Positions 31,859 through 41,726 of a DNA stretch of 64,000 nucleotides are shown piece by piece. The first letter of the stretch is position 1. Every line of letters starts with the position of its first letter. The DNA is from Bacillota bacterium. Its GTDB lineage: Bacteria; Bacillota; Sulfobacillia; RBS10-35; JAJYVN01. The notes beneath the pieces were generated by a model, which searched no databases, was not told the origin of the DNA, and worked only from the letters and a program-made list of their open reading frames with translations. The stretch is from the NCBI GenBank assembly GCA_021806565.1, contig JAJZXK010000001.1, forward strand, positions 32,314 through 96,313, given 5' to 3'. The position numbers and the translations under genes are program-made.

Positions 31859-32344
31859 GTGCGTACCAAGGAGCAGCGGCAGGAGCGCATCCTGCAGTTG
31901 GTGCGGACGCGTGCGGTGGACACGCAGGAAGACCTGGCCGCCCTGTTGCACGCCGAGGGGTTTACCGTCACCCAGGCGACCGTCAGCCGTGACATCCGCG
32001 AACTGAGGTTGGCCAAGGTCCCGACGGGCGCGGGCCGCTCCCGGTACGCCGTGGCCAACGGGGCTCCCGGCGAACGCCTGCGCCAACTGGTCCGCGATTG
32101 CGTCACCGGGGTGGATGCCAGTGAGAACATCGTGGTGCTCAACACGCTTCCAGGGATGGCGCAGGCGGTGGCCGAGGTGCTGGACGGCGTGGGTGCCCCA
32201 GAGGTGATCGGCACGATCGCCGGCGAGCGGGTGGTCTTTGCCGTGATCAAGCCGCGGGCCGCGGTGCCGGCGTTTCTGGCACGGCTGCGCGGGCTGCGCG
32301 GGCAGGAAGCGGGCGGCACCGGGGCGATGCCGTCGTCACCCTGA
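31859..32344 (+). CDS. argR: arginine repressor ArgR/AhrC
   Basis: QERILQLVRTRAVDTQEDLAALLHAEGFTVTQATVSRDIREL plus a C-terminal oligomerisation domain. Confidence 0.9.
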   Translation: MRTKEQRQERILQLVRTRAVDTQEDLAALLHAEGFTVTQATVSRDIRELRLAKVPTGAGRSRYAVANGAPGERLRQLVRDCVTGVDASENIVVLNTLPGMAQAVAEVLDGVGAPEVIGTIAGERVVFAVIKPRAAVPAFLARLRGLRGQEAGGTGAMPSSP

Positions 32345-32804
32345 ACCGCGAACCTTGCCGCGACCCCGATGCGCCGAGACCGCAGACCCGAAGCCGCCGC
32401 AGGGGGCGAAAGGTGCGCCGGGCGCGCCGGGTGGACACAGGGAAGCGGCCGGCGGTGGGGAAACCGGCGGGTGCGTGCGGTGGTCGGGCCACCCCCCGGC
32501 GGTCGGTTGCTGCGGGTGCGGTGGTGCCGGTGCGCATGGGCCGTTCGCGGGATCAGCGAGCCCGTGGGGTGCCCTGACGGGGCCGTCGAGGGTCGGTGTG
32601 TGCGGCCGGGCCGGTTGCGGCGGAGCGTGGCGCCCTGCGGGCGCAACCCGGTCCGGGTGGAGGTTCCGGCGTGCGCGGCGGTGTCGCCGCGCGGCCCGAG
32701 TCCGCCGGTTGCCCAGGCCCCGCGAGGGGCAAATCGTGGGACGAAAGGGGCAAGGCCTGGTCGGGCTGGCGGTGTGGAACGGCGGGCGACCGGCCTATCC
32801 ACAT

Positions 32805-34541
32805 ATGCGGACCAGGGCGGGCAGCTTGTTGCGCAGGCTCGAGGTGGAGCAACTGGCCATCCTGCAAGAGGCGGCGGTGGCGTTCGGTCCCGGGCTTAAC
32901 GTCCTGACGGGTGAGACCGGCGCTGGAAAGTCGCTATTGCTGGACGCGTTGTTGTTGGCCCTGGGCGGCCGGGCGGACGCCGGGCTGGTGCGCGACGGCG
33001 CGCGCTCATTGCGCGTGACCGCCGAGTTCGCGCTACCCACGTCGGATCCGCTCTGGCAGGTTCTTGCCGCGGAGGGCCTGGAGCCGGATGACGGAGTCTT
33101 GGTCCTGACGCGCGAACTGGGTCGGGATGGGCGTTCGACCTGCCGGGTGAACGGCCGCCTGGTGACCGCCGGGACCCTGCGTACCGCTGGGGCGCATCTG
33201 GTGTCGGTGTTGGGGCAGGGTGGCCAGGGGCGGTTGGCCCAGCCGGCGGCGCAACTCGCCTTCGTCGACGCCTGTGGCGGCGCGGACTTGGCGAGGGCGT
33301 CCGCCGAGGTGGCCGGCGTCTATGCCCTTTGGCGCGAGGCGGTCGACGCCCGCCGGGAATTGGGTGGGGGATCGCAGGATCGCGCCCGCCGGAGGGACGA
33401 CCTGGCGGCGGCGGTGCGGGAGATCGACGCCCTGGGCCTGCGGGTGGACGAAGAGGCCGAGTTGGAGGTACGGCGCCGGCGGATGGCGGCGGCCGGCCGG
33501 TTGTTGGAGTCGGTAGGCCGGACGCTGGAAGCGCTGTGCGACGGCGACGGCTCCGCACGCGACCGGTTGGGCCACGCGGCGGCGGAGATCGGGTCGGTGT
33601 CCCGCCTGGACGATGCGCTGTCCGAGGCCGTCGGCTTGCTGGATCAGGCGTGCATCGCGGTGGACGAGGCGGCGCGCCTGCTGCACACGTACGCCGAGGG
33701 CCTGAACTTCGACCCCGGGGCCGTAGCGGAGTTGGAGGAGCGCTGGTCCGCCATCCAGCGATGCAAGCGCCGGTATGGGGGCGACGCGGCGGCGGTGCTC
33801 GCCTACCGCGATGAGGCCGAGGCGCAGGTGCGGGCCCTGGAGGCGGCGGAGGCTGAAGCGGCTGGGCTGGAGGCCGAGATCGAGGCGCGCGGCCGCGAAC
33901 TGGGATCGGCTGCGGCCAGGCTGGGCGTCCTGCGGCGCCAGGCGGCCGAATCCCTGGAGGCCGCGTTGGCGGAGCAGTTGCAGGATTTGGGCATGGCGGG
34001 GGCGCGATTGAGGATCGGCCTGGAGGTCGCCGAAGACCCCGCCGGGGTGATGGTGGGGGAGACGCGCCTGCGCTGCGGGCCGGCGGGATGCGAACGGACG
34101 ATGTGGCTCTGGGCGGCCAACCCCGGCGAGGGTGGCCAGGAACTGGGCCGGGCCGCTTCGGGTGGGGAGCTTTCGCGGCTGTATCTGGCGCTGCACGCCC
34201 TGCGGGCCGAGACCGGGGACGTGCCCACGCTGGTGTTTGACGAGGTGGACGCCGGGGTGGGCGGTCGCGCCGCCGCGGCGGTCGCGGCGCGGTTGGCTGC
34301 CCTGGGGGCGCACCGCCAGGTGCTCTGCGTCACACACCTGGCGACGGTGGCGGCGGCGGCGGAGCGCCAGTTCGCGGTCGGCAAGCGTACGGTCCAAGGG
34401 CGGACCGCCGCTGAGATTGTGGAGTTGCAAGGTGCGGAGCGCGTCCGCGAGTTGGCGCGCATGTTGGACGGCAGTGCGTCCGCCGGCGCGATCGCCCACG
34501 CCCGGGAACTGCTGCAGCGGCGGTCGCGGCCGGCGGGTTGA
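32805..34541 (+). CDS. recN: DNA repair protein RecN
   Basis: LNVLTGETGAGKSLLLDALLLALGGRA Walker A and a C-terminal ABC signature. Start at the internal ATG 32805 gives a 578-aa product. Confidence 0.9.
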   Translation: MRTRAGSLLRRLEVEQLAILQEAAVAFGPGLNVLTGETGAGKSLLLDALLLALGGRADAGLVRDGARSLRVTAEFALPTSDPLWQVLAAEGLEPDDGVLVLTRELGRDGRSTCRVNGRLVTAGTLRTAGAHLVSVLGQGGQGRLAQPAAQLAFVDACGGADLARASAEVAGVYALWREAVDARRELGGGSQDRARRRDDLAAAVREIDALGLRVDEEAELEVRRRRMAAAGRLLESVGRTLEALCDGDGSARDRLGHAAAEIGSVSRLDDALSEAVGLLDQACIAVDEAARLLHTYAEGLNFDPGAVAELEERWSAIQRCKRRYGGDAAAVLAYRDEAEAQVRALEAAEAEAAGLEAEIEARGRELGSAAARLGVLRRQAAESLEAALAEQLQDLGMAGARLRIGLEVAEDPAGVMVGETRLRCGPAGCERTMWLWAANPGEGGQELGRAASGGELSRLYLALHALRAETGDVPTLVFDEVDAGVGGRAAAAVAARLAALGAHRQVLCVTHLATVAAAAERQFAVGKRTVQGRTAAEIVELQGAERVRELARMLDGSASAGAIAHARELLQRRSRPAG

Positions 34542-34564
34542 GGACGGGAGGGGGCGGCCGTGGC

Positions 34565-35125
34565 GTGATCTTCCTGGCTGCGATCGTCGTGGGGATCGTC
34601 GCCGGTTGGGCCGGCGGCGGGCGGCTGATCGCCCTGTCCGAGGTGCGGCTGCACGCCTGGCCGGCAGTGTTGGCGGGCGTCCTGTTCAACGTGCTGCTGC
34701 CGCTGCTGTGGCCTGGCCTGCGCGCCCACCTCTGGGCGGAACTGGCCCGGGCCTGTCTACTTTACGGTGCGATCGGCTATTTGCTATGGGCCAACCGGGC
34801 GATGGCCGGCGGCGCCGCGGTGGCGGCGGGTATGGTGTGCAACGCCGTGGCGACGCTGCGCTACGGTGGCCGCATGCCGGTCTGGGTGGCGGCCGCCTGG
34901 CGTCAACTCGCCGCCCGGGCGCGCTTGGTGGCCGGTGGATATGTGGACCACGCGCCCATGTGGCACCCGCACCTTGTCGGCTGGCTCGGCGATGTGTTCA
35001 CGGTACCACCTCCCCTGCGTCCCGACGTGTTCAGCATCGGTGATGTCGGCATCGCCATCGGGTTGGCCATGTTCCTCTCCGCAGCCATGCGCCCGCGCCG
35101 CGGGTCCCTCACGACGGGCTCATAG
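34565..35125 (+). CDS. hypothetical membrane protein (DUF5317-like)
   Basis: GTG start with GGGAGGGGG RBS. Multiple TM helices. Lies between recN and spoIVB. Confidence 0.5.
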   Translation: MIFLAAIVVGIVAGWAGGGRLIALSEVRLHAWPAVLAGVLFNVLLPLLWPGLRAHLWAELARACLLYGAIGYLLWANRAMAGGAAVAAGMVCNAVATLRYGGRMPVWVAAAWRQLAARARLVAGGYVDHAPMWHPHLVGWLGDVFTVPPPLRPDVFSIGDVGIAIGLAMFLSAAMRPRRGSLTTGS

Positions 35126-35203
35126 CCCGGGGGCGTCGTGGGGATGGTGGGAGTGGGGGGCGATCGGCCCTCCCGCGGGGGGCGAGGCAAGCTGCGCGGG
35201 CGG

Positions 35204-36514
35204 ATGACGCGCTGGCTCGGGGCGGTGCTGGCCGCCGTCGTGGTCTTCGCCGGTCGGGCGCCCGGGGCACGGGCCGCCCTGCGCCTGCCTGGGACGATCT
35301 CCATTGCGGTCGGGCAGAGACAGCGACTCGACCTGGGTCTGCCAGGTACGGTGGCCGTGCGGGTCAGCGGCTCCGGTGCCAAGTGGTTGAACGTCGACGG
35401 AGCCCCGGCCATGACGTGGCGGGAGGTTCCGGCGGCGGCGCTGTGGCTTGAGCCGCTGCGCCCCGGATCCACCACGATGCAGTTGCGTCTGTTTGGGTTC
35501 ATGCCATGGCGGCCGGTGCGGCTGCGGATGGTGCAGGTTCCCCGGGTGACGGTGGGAGGCCAGTCCATCGGCGTCGTGCTGCACGGCGACGGCCCGCTGG
35601 TGGTGCGGACGGTCCAGGTGCCGCAGGCCGGTGGGGCCGTCGCATCGCCCGCCGCCGGGGCGGATCTGGAGGCGGGAGACGTCGTGGTGGCGGCCGGCGG
35701 CCGGCCCGTGCGCAGCCCGCAGGCGGTCTCGCGCGCAGTCCAGTCGGTGGGGCGGATGGGAGGCTCGCTCACGCTGACCGTCCTGCGCCACGGCCGCATG
35801 GAGTCGGTGCGGGTGCACCCGGTTCGGTCGCCGACGGGCCGCTATCTGATTGGGGCCTGGCTGGTGCGCGACGGGGCATCCGGCGTCGGCACCCTCACCT
35901 TTTACAGGTCGCCGCTGGGTCCGTACGGGGCCCTGGGCCATCCGGTCCTCAACGCGTCCGGGCAGCCGCCGCAGATGGCTGCCCCGGGCATCCTGTGGCC
36001 GACGGTGATTTCCGGACTGATCCCGGGTCGTCCCGGCCGGCCGGGCGAGAAGGTCGGCCAGTTGGAACCCGGCGGGCGCCCGCTGGGCAGCGTGCGCGCC
36101 AACACCCCCGTGGGGGTTTTCGGCCGGTTGGCCGCGGCGCCTGCGGCCGGTGTTCCGGGGGAGGTGCTGCCGATGGCGCTGGCGGACCAGATCCAGGTCG
36201 GCGCCGCGCACCTGTTGACGGTGTTGGACGGCCAAGAGGTCCGCTCCTACCGCGTCGAGATCACCGCCGTGCTGCCGCAACGCAGGATGAGTAGCCGTGG
36301 CTTCGTGCTGCGCGTGGTCGACCCGCGTCTGCTGTCGGCCAGCGGCGGCATCGTTCAGGGCATGAGCGGCAGCCCCATCGTGCAGGACGGCCGCCTGGTC
36401 GGGGCCGTCACCCACGTCTTCGTGGACGAACCGGCCCGCGGCTACGGCGTCTGCGGCTGCTGGATGGCGTCGATGGCGGGGTTGTTGCCATCGACGCCCG
36501 ATGGCGCGTCCTGA
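35204..36514 (+). CDS. spoIVB: SpoIVB peptidase (S55)
   Basis: PDZ domain plus [26 protein letters not shown]55 catalytic motif. N-terminal signal anchor. Confidence 0.85.
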   Translation: MTRWLGAVLAAVVVFAGRAPGARAALRLPGTISIAVGQRQRLDLGLPGTVAVRVSGSGAKWLNVDGAPAMTWREVPAAALWLEPLRPGSTTMQLRLFGFMPWRPVRLRMVQVPRVTVGGQSIGVVLHGDGPLVVRTVQVPQAGGAVASPAAGADLEAGDVVVAAGGRPVRSPQAVSRAVQSVGRMGGSLTLTVLRHGRMESVRVHPVRSPTGRYLIGAWLVRDGASGVGTLTFYRSPLGPYGALGHPVLNASGQPPQMAAPGILWPTVISGLIPGRPGRPGEKVGQLEPGGRPLGSVRANTPVGVFGRLAAAPAAGVPGEVLPMALADQIQVGAAHLLTVLDGQEVRSYRVEITAVLPQRRMSSRGFVLRVVDPRLLSASGGIVQGMSGSPIVQDGRLVGAVTHVFVDEPARGYGVCGCWMASMAGLLPSTPDGAS

Positions 36515-36653
36515 CGAAACGAGGCTGACGTTCGTGGTATGGGTTACCCATCTCATGGCAGGACCCCCTCTGCCCGACCAGAATCCAACGCGTGCGGCCG
36601 GCCCCGCACCCCGCGGCCGAGGCGGTGCATCGACCGGTCGATCGTCGGAAGAG

Positions 36654-37439
36654 GTGGAGAGCTTGGCCGTCAGCGCCGAATCGGTGGCCCCATACCGGAT
36701 CCTGGTGGCGGACGACAATCGCGAGTTCTGTGACCTGCTTGCCCAGTTCATTCAGAGCCAGAGTGACTTTAAGCTCGTGGGGGTGGCGCAGAACGGCCGC
36801 CAGGTGCTTGAGCTTGTGGAAAGCGAAAGCCCTGATGTGCTGATTCTGGACATCATCATGCCGCACCTCGATGGCATCGGCGTGTTGGAGCAGTTGAACG
36901 CGCTTGGGTTGCCGCGCCGACCGCGCGTGATCATGTTGACGGCGTTCGGCCAGGAAAACATCGCCCAGAGGGTGGTGTCCTTGGGGGCGGACTATTACAT
37001 CCTGAAGCCATTCGACCTTGCCGTCCTGACCAAGCGCATCCGGCAGATCGCGAGCGGCCAGGCGGTCAAGCGACCACAGGGGGAGGCGCGGAGCCTCGAG
37101 TTCGAGGTGACCGAGGTCCTGCACGAGATCGGTATCCCCGCCCACATCAAAGGCTATCTCTATCTCCGCGAGGCCATCTGTCTGGTCGTCCAGCGGGTGG
37201 AACTCCTCGGCGGCGTCACCAAGGAGCTTTACCCGACGATCGCCAAGCGCTTTCAGACGACGCCCAGCCGGGTGGAGCGGGCCATCCGCCACGCGATCGA
37301 GGTCGCGTGGAGCCGTGGCAATGTGGATCTGATCCACAGCCTGTTCGGGCATACGGTGAACTCCGATCGGGGCAAGCCGACCAACTCCGAGTTCATTGCG
37401 ATGGTGGCGGACAAGCTGCGCATGGAACTGCGCTCCTGA
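36654..37439 (+). CDS. spo0A: sporulation master regulator Spo0A
   Basis: REC domain ([11 protein letters not shown]...DIIMPHLDG) and the 0A-specific C-terminal domain ([18 protein letters not shown]...[11 protein letters not shown]). Start is uncertain: GTG 36654, TTG 36663 or GTG 36684. Confidence 0.95.
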   Translation: MESLAVSAESVAPYRILVADDNREFCDLLAQFIQSQSDFKLVGVAQNGRQVLELVESESPDVLILDIIMPHLDGIGVLEQLNALGLPRRPRVIMLTAFGQENIAQRVVSLGADYYILKPFDLAVLTKRIRQIASGQAVKRPQGEARSLEFEVTEVLHEIGIPAHIKGYLYLREAICLVVQRVELLGGVTKELYPTIAKRFQTTPSRVERAIRHAIEVAWSRGNVDLIHSLFGHTVNSDRGKPTNSEFIAMVADKLRMELRS

Positions 37440-37476
37440 ACGCGATGCAGGAAATCGATGGGTCGTGGTGGTAATT

Positions 37477-37523
37477 CCGCTGTGACGGGGCGGCGGATAG
37501 GGCGATCCGTCCCGCCACAGCGG
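37477..37523 (+). terminator. imperfect GC hairpin downstream of spo0A (possible terminator, no U tract)
   Basis: CCGCUGUGACGGGG...CCGUCCCGCCACAGCGG inverted repeat seen directly. Confidence 0.3.
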
Positions 37524-37555
37524 ATCTCCCGGATGGTACGAGGGGTGGGGGCTCA

Positions 37556-38341
37556 GTGGAGGAAGGCCAGGGATCGGCCGGGACTCGCGCCAAAGTGTCG
37601 GTGCGTTCCGTGGAGCAACTCATCGAAGGGTTCGCCGCGGTGGAAGGCGCGCGCATCGTGCTGGACGACTGGGGCGCGGTGCAGCAGATCCATGTGCTGG
37701 CCGACGACTCGCGCCCGCCCAAGGCGATCGCGCGCGACATCCAGTCCGGCCTCCAGGCCCGATGGGGTTTGGTGGTCGATCATCGGCGGATCAGCATCGC
37801 CCAGATGGAAGATGTCGCGCCGCGCCCCCAGTGGTCGCGCCTCCGCCTGGAACAGTTCGCGGTCAGTACCGATCCGGTGCGCGGGCGCATCGAGATCGCG
37901 GTGAGCCTCGCGCCGGACGGCGGTCGCGACGCCACAGGGCGTTCGCCGTTGTCCGGCACCTCCCTTTGGCAGGGGAGGGCTGCCGGTGCAAGCGGCGCGG
38001 GGACCGGGCTGCGTCTGGCGTCGGAGGCGACGCTCCAGGCCCTGAACCAGGCGTTGCGGCCGGACCACGCCTTCAGCGTCGCCGATATCGGGCGGATGTC
38101 GCTTGGGGGCCAGGAGATCGTGGTCTGCCTGCTGCAGTACCACGCGCCCCGCGGGGCGGTCGAGATGCTCAGCGGCTCCGCGCTTGTCCGCAGCGAACCG
38201 CTGGAGGCGGCGGTGCGGGCCGTGCTCAACGCCAGCAACCGCTCGTATGGGATCGCCGGGCGGCGCTTGGGCGCCGGAAGCCTGACCCAGGACTTATCGG
38301 CGACGGAGGCGGCCGCCGGTCAGGAATCCGAAGACCACTGA
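37556..38341 (+). CDS. hypothetical protein with two internal repeats
   Basis: GTG start after a GAGGGGTGGGGG RBS. Two ~90-aa repeats. No assignable family. Confidence 0.45.
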   Translation: MEEGQGSAGTRAKVSVRSVEQLIEGFAAVEGARIVLDDWGAVQQIHVLADDSRPPKAIARDIQSGLQARWGLVVDHRRISIAQMEDVAPRPQWSRLRLEQFAVSTDPVRGRIEIAVSLAPDGGRDATGRSPLSGTSLWQGRAAGASGAGTGLRLASEATLQALNQALRPDHAFSVADIGRMSLGGQEIVVCLLQYHAPRGAVEMLSGSALVRSEPLEAAVRAVLNASNRSYGIAGRRLGAGSLTQDLSATEAAAGQESEDH

Positions 38342-38643
38342 CCGTGCCCTTTGGGCGAATGCCCGCCTTCAGTTGTGGGCGCGCGCCAGTGCCATCCATG
38401 CCCTCAGGCCCGGTCCGGTGCGCACGACCGCCAGCCAGCGACGGAACTCGCGGACGCTGCCGTAAAACCGCAATCCTTGCCGCGGTCCGCGGAGCATGCC
38501 ATCGAGGGTGGCCACGTGCATCCCCCCTGCCGTCTGGACGCCCAGGCGCGTCCCCCGGTAGCATGTGCGGGTGCCGCGGCGAACATGCCGGTGTGGCCTG
38601 TGGAGCCGTCGTGGGGGGCTCGCGCGTGGGGGAGTCTTCTTCG

Positions 38644-39858
38644 GTGAATCAGGCCGAAGTGTGGGTCGACCTGCATGTGCATCTGGGCCGGGCGGCCGGG
38701 CGGCCGGTGAAGATCAGCGCCTCCCCGGCCCTGGACCTTGCCGGTGTTCTCGCCACAGCCAAGGCCGCCGTCGGATTGGATGGCGTGGGCGTCGTGGATG
38801 CCTGCACGGTCGGTGGCCTGGCGGACCTGCGCGCGGCGGTGGCCGCAGGGGCGCTTCGTCCCGTCGCCGGCGGCGGTCTGGTCGCGGCGGACGGGCTGGT
38901 CATCTTGCCGGCCGCCGAGGTCGAACTCGACATGGCTGGGCACCGGGTGCATTTTGTGGCGCTGCTTCCCGATCTGGACGCCGCGTCGTCCCTGGGGCAG
39001 CGACTCGCGCGGCATGTGCGCAATCCCTGGCTGTCGAGCCAGATGGCCCACGATCTGGACCCCGCCGGCCTGCTGGCCATGGCTGCCACCGTTGGCGGTG
39101 TGGTGTGGCCGGCCCACGCCTTCACTCCGCACCGCGGTCTCTACGGGTGTGCCGTGCGTTCCGCGGCGGCGCCGCCTCCGCTGGGGCTCGGGCCGCGGGT
39201 GTTCGAGGGCTTTATCGCCGTGGAACTCGGTTTGTCGGCGGACACCGCCATGGCGGACCGACTGGGCGAACTGGCGGAACTGAGCTTTGTCAGCAACTCC
39301 GATGCCCACGGGCTGGCGACCCTTGGCCGTGAGGTGAACCGGATGCGCCTTCGCGGGCCGCTCGACTTCACGGGCGTCGTGCGCTGCCTGCGGCGCGAGG
39401 CGGGATTCGAGATGGTGGCCAACTACGGGATGGAGCCGGCGATGGGGAAGTATCACCGAACGGGGTGCCTACGGTGCGGCCGCACGGCGGATGGTCCGCC
39501 GCCACAAGCGTCCTGTGCCGACTGTCCGGGCTCCCGCGTCGTGACCGGGGTGCTCGACCGGTTGGCCGCGATCGCCGACCGGGCCGAACCGCAGCATCCT
39601 GCCCACCGCCCCCCCTATCACCGCCAGGTGCCGCTTTCGAGCCTGCCCGGGGTCGGCCCGCGTACCCTCGGTCGTTTGCGCTCGGCGCTGGGCCCGGATC
39701 TGGCGGTCCTGCATCGAGCGGAGGCCGACGCGATCGCCGCCGTCGCGGGTGGGACGGTGGCCCGGTGGATTCTGGCCGCCCGCCAGGGGAGGTTGCGGCT
39801 GCAGGCGGGCGGCGGCGGCACCTATGGCAAGGTGCTGGGGGTGGCGCGACTGGCATAG
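38644..39858 (+). CDS. PHP-domain protein with C4 zinc finger, endonuclease Q (TIGR00375)-like
   Basis: VDLHVHLG PHP motif, CLRCGRTADGPPPQASCADCPGSRV zinc finger, HhH-like C-terminus. GTG start with GGGGGAG RBS. Confidence 0.55.
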   Translation: MNQAEVWVDLHVHLGRAAGRPVKISASPALDLAGVLATAKAAVGLDGVGVVDACTVGGLADLRAAVAAGALRPVAGGGLVAADGLVILPAAEVELDMAGHRVHFVALLPDLDAASSLGQRLARHVRNPWLSSQMAHDLDPAGLLAMAATVGGVVWPAHAFTPHRGLYGCAVRSAAAPPPLGLGPRVFEGFIAVELGLSADTAMADRLGELAELSFVSNSDAHGLATLGREVNRMRLRGPLDFTGVVRCLRREAGFEMVANYGMEPAMGKYHRTGCLRCGRTADGPPPQASCADCPGSRVVTGVLDRLAAIADRAEPQHPAHRPPYHRQVPLSSLPGVGPRTLGRLRSALGPDLAVLHRAEADAIAAVAGGTVARWILAARQGRLRLQAGGGGTYGKVLGVARLA

Positions 39859-39896
39859 CCTCCGCCGGGACGGTGGTGCCCGTGCCGTGGCTGCGG

Positions 39897-40475
39897 ATGC
39901 GCATCGTGCGCTGGCGCCGGCCGGCGCCGCGCTGGCCCGGCCTTGCCGCTGCGGGTGCCTTGACCGGTGGTCTCGCGGCTGGGGTGGTGGCGGCCTACGC
40001 ATTGGCGCCGGCGGAGCGCGCCGCCCTTGGGGCGGCCATTGCCGCGTACGTTCGCAGCCGCGCCCATGGCCGCGGCCATGTTCTGGGCCCGGCCCTGCGC
40101 GGTTGGCTGCAGGCGGCCGCGCCGGTCTGGGCCGCGGGGATGGTGCGCGGCGTCGGGGTGCCGCTGGCGATCGCCGCGCTCGCCCTGCATGCGTTTGCCC
40201 TCGGAATGGGACTGGGGGTCGCCGCGGCGAGCGGCGGAGTGGCCGGCTTGGTCGCCGGGGCCCTGGCCATCCTGCCCGGCAATCTCCTGGCGCTTCCCGC
40301 CCTGGCGTGGATGGGCGGCCGCGCGGTCGCCCTTGCGGCCCGCCCGGCGGCGAGTCCCCTGCCGCCGACGTACGTGCGCGTCGGCGCGACGGTACTGATC
40401 GGGGTCACCCTCAGCAGCGTGGGGGAGGCGGAACTGGCGCCGCTACTCTTGCACGCCTTTCACATCGGGGGCTGA
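39897..40475 (+). CDS. spoIIM: stage II sporulation protein M (SpoIIM)-like membrane protein
   Basis: Matches the SpoIIM C-terminal half: ILPGNLLALPALAWMGGRAVALA and VGEAELAPLLLHAF (compare IEGYASPLLMEYL). Confidence 0.45.
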   Translation: MRIVRWRRPAPRWPGLAAAGALTGGLAAGVVAAYALAPAERAALGAAIAAYVRSRAHGRGHVLGPALRGWLQAAAPVWAAGMVRGVGVPLAIAALALHAFALGMGLGVAAASGGVAGLVAGALAILPGNLLALPALAWMGGRAVALAARPAASPLPPTYVRVGATVLIGVTLSSVGEAELAPLLLHAFHIGG

Positions 40476-40575
40476 GCCGGCACGGCCGCGGTCGGCTTGG
40501 AAAGGAGGGGCCCGGTCGGGATGGCGCCCGACCAGGCCCCTTGCTGTGCCGGTGCGTTGGACGCGGGGCGGCGGC

Positions 40576-41664
40576 TCAGGGCGCGATGCCGAGTGCCAGG
40601 GCGGTGAGGCCGAGTGCCAGGGCGGCCACCGCCACCGCCGCGCCGGCCAGGGCGACCAGTCGCGGTGCGATGGTGCGCCGCCGGGCCACCATGAGCATCG
40701 ACGGCAGGCTGATGGCCGGCAGCGCCAGGAGCAGCACGCCGAAGCTGCCGGCGCCCAGGCCATACCGGGAGAGGACCTGTAGGATCGGCACCTCCCCCGC
40801 CGTCGGGATCACAAAGAGGGTGCCGGCGATCGCGAACGCAGGCAGGAGCCAGAGTGCCGCTCCGATCGCCGGATTCATGGCCGGAAACAACCAGGCGCGC
40901 GCGAAACCCAGGAGCAGGACGATGACGAGCCATTCCGGCACCACGCCGAGCGCGAGGCCCGCCAGGCTGTGCAGCCAACGCCGCCAGACGTTGCCGTCCT
41001 CGTCCTGGGCGGGAGGTTGCGGCAGTCCGGAGGCGTCCCCGGCCGCGTCCCCCGCGAAGCGGTTGACCAGCCAGCCGGCACCCAAGACCAGGACCGCGCC
41101 GGCGACGATGCGCACCAGGGCCCAGCGCCAGCCGAGCACAAAGCCGATGAACACGATCGTAGCCGGATTCAGCACCGGATTGCCGAGCCAATAGGCAATC
41201 GCCGCGCCCGGCGCGACGCGACGGGCCCCGAGCCCCACTGCCAGTGGGGCGCTGCAGCACGTTCACATCATGGACGGCGTTGCGGCGAGTCCCGCCAGCG
41301 CGACCGAGCCGAGCCCGCTGCTTCCCAGCAGGCGGCGCAGCCAGTCTGCCGGGATCAGCGCCTGCACGCCGGCGCCAAGCAGCAGGCCGAGGACCATGGC
41401 CTGCCAGACGTCGCCCACGTAGGTGCGCGTATACGTCCAGGCCGTGGCGAGCGACGGCGCCGGGGCGGCGGCGGCCGTGCCGCTGACGATCGACCCGCCC
41501 AGGGTGTGGTGTGCCGCGGCGGCCAGGCTCTTATGGAAGAGCGGGTCCCACTTCACGTAGAACAATCCCGCGACGGCGATAGCGGTGAACACGGCGATGC
41601 CCCACGCAGCGCGCACCGGTCGCGGCGCCGAGCGCGTGATGGACGTTTGGGCCAAGCAACACAC
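40576..41664 (-). CDS. DUF318/UPF0718 (ArsP/YraQ-like) permease interrupted by one in-frame TGA (41265..41263): candidate selenoprotein or nonsense pseudogene
   Basis: Both halves are collinear in one frame: ...GLAATPSMM-TGA-TCCSAPLAVGL... The TGA falls inside the conserved Cys-rich motif. PTAGEVPI motif is present in the C-terminal half. A GC hairpin starts 12 nt 3' of the TGA. Confidence 0.5.
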
Positions 41665-41726
41665 ATCCTTCCGCTGGCGGAACCCTTCATCTCAGCATAA
41701 CTGGGTATGCGGCGGCCGCCAACGGA

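Noticed and set aside
32600-32804. LexA/Cheo box upstream of recN
   Set aside because: No GAAC-N4-GTTC or TCGAAC-N4-GTTCGA palindrome found by eye. Left as an open question.
36515-36560. Spo0A boxes (TGACGAA, TGACGTT) in the spoIVB-spo0A spacer
   Set aside because: Each is only a one-mismatch match to TGTCGAA. Too weak to call without a matrix search. Mentioned in findings only as a hint.
38404-39456. 350-aa minus-strand ORF antisense to the EndoQ-like gene
   Set aside because: No motif and low-complexity translation. The plus-strand frame has clear PHP and zinc-finger motifs.
39749-41194. 481-aa plus-strand ORF spanning spoIIM-like and permease regions
   Set aside because: Arg/Gly-rich nonsense translation. 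Both neighbouring real genes are recognisable in other frames or on the other strand.
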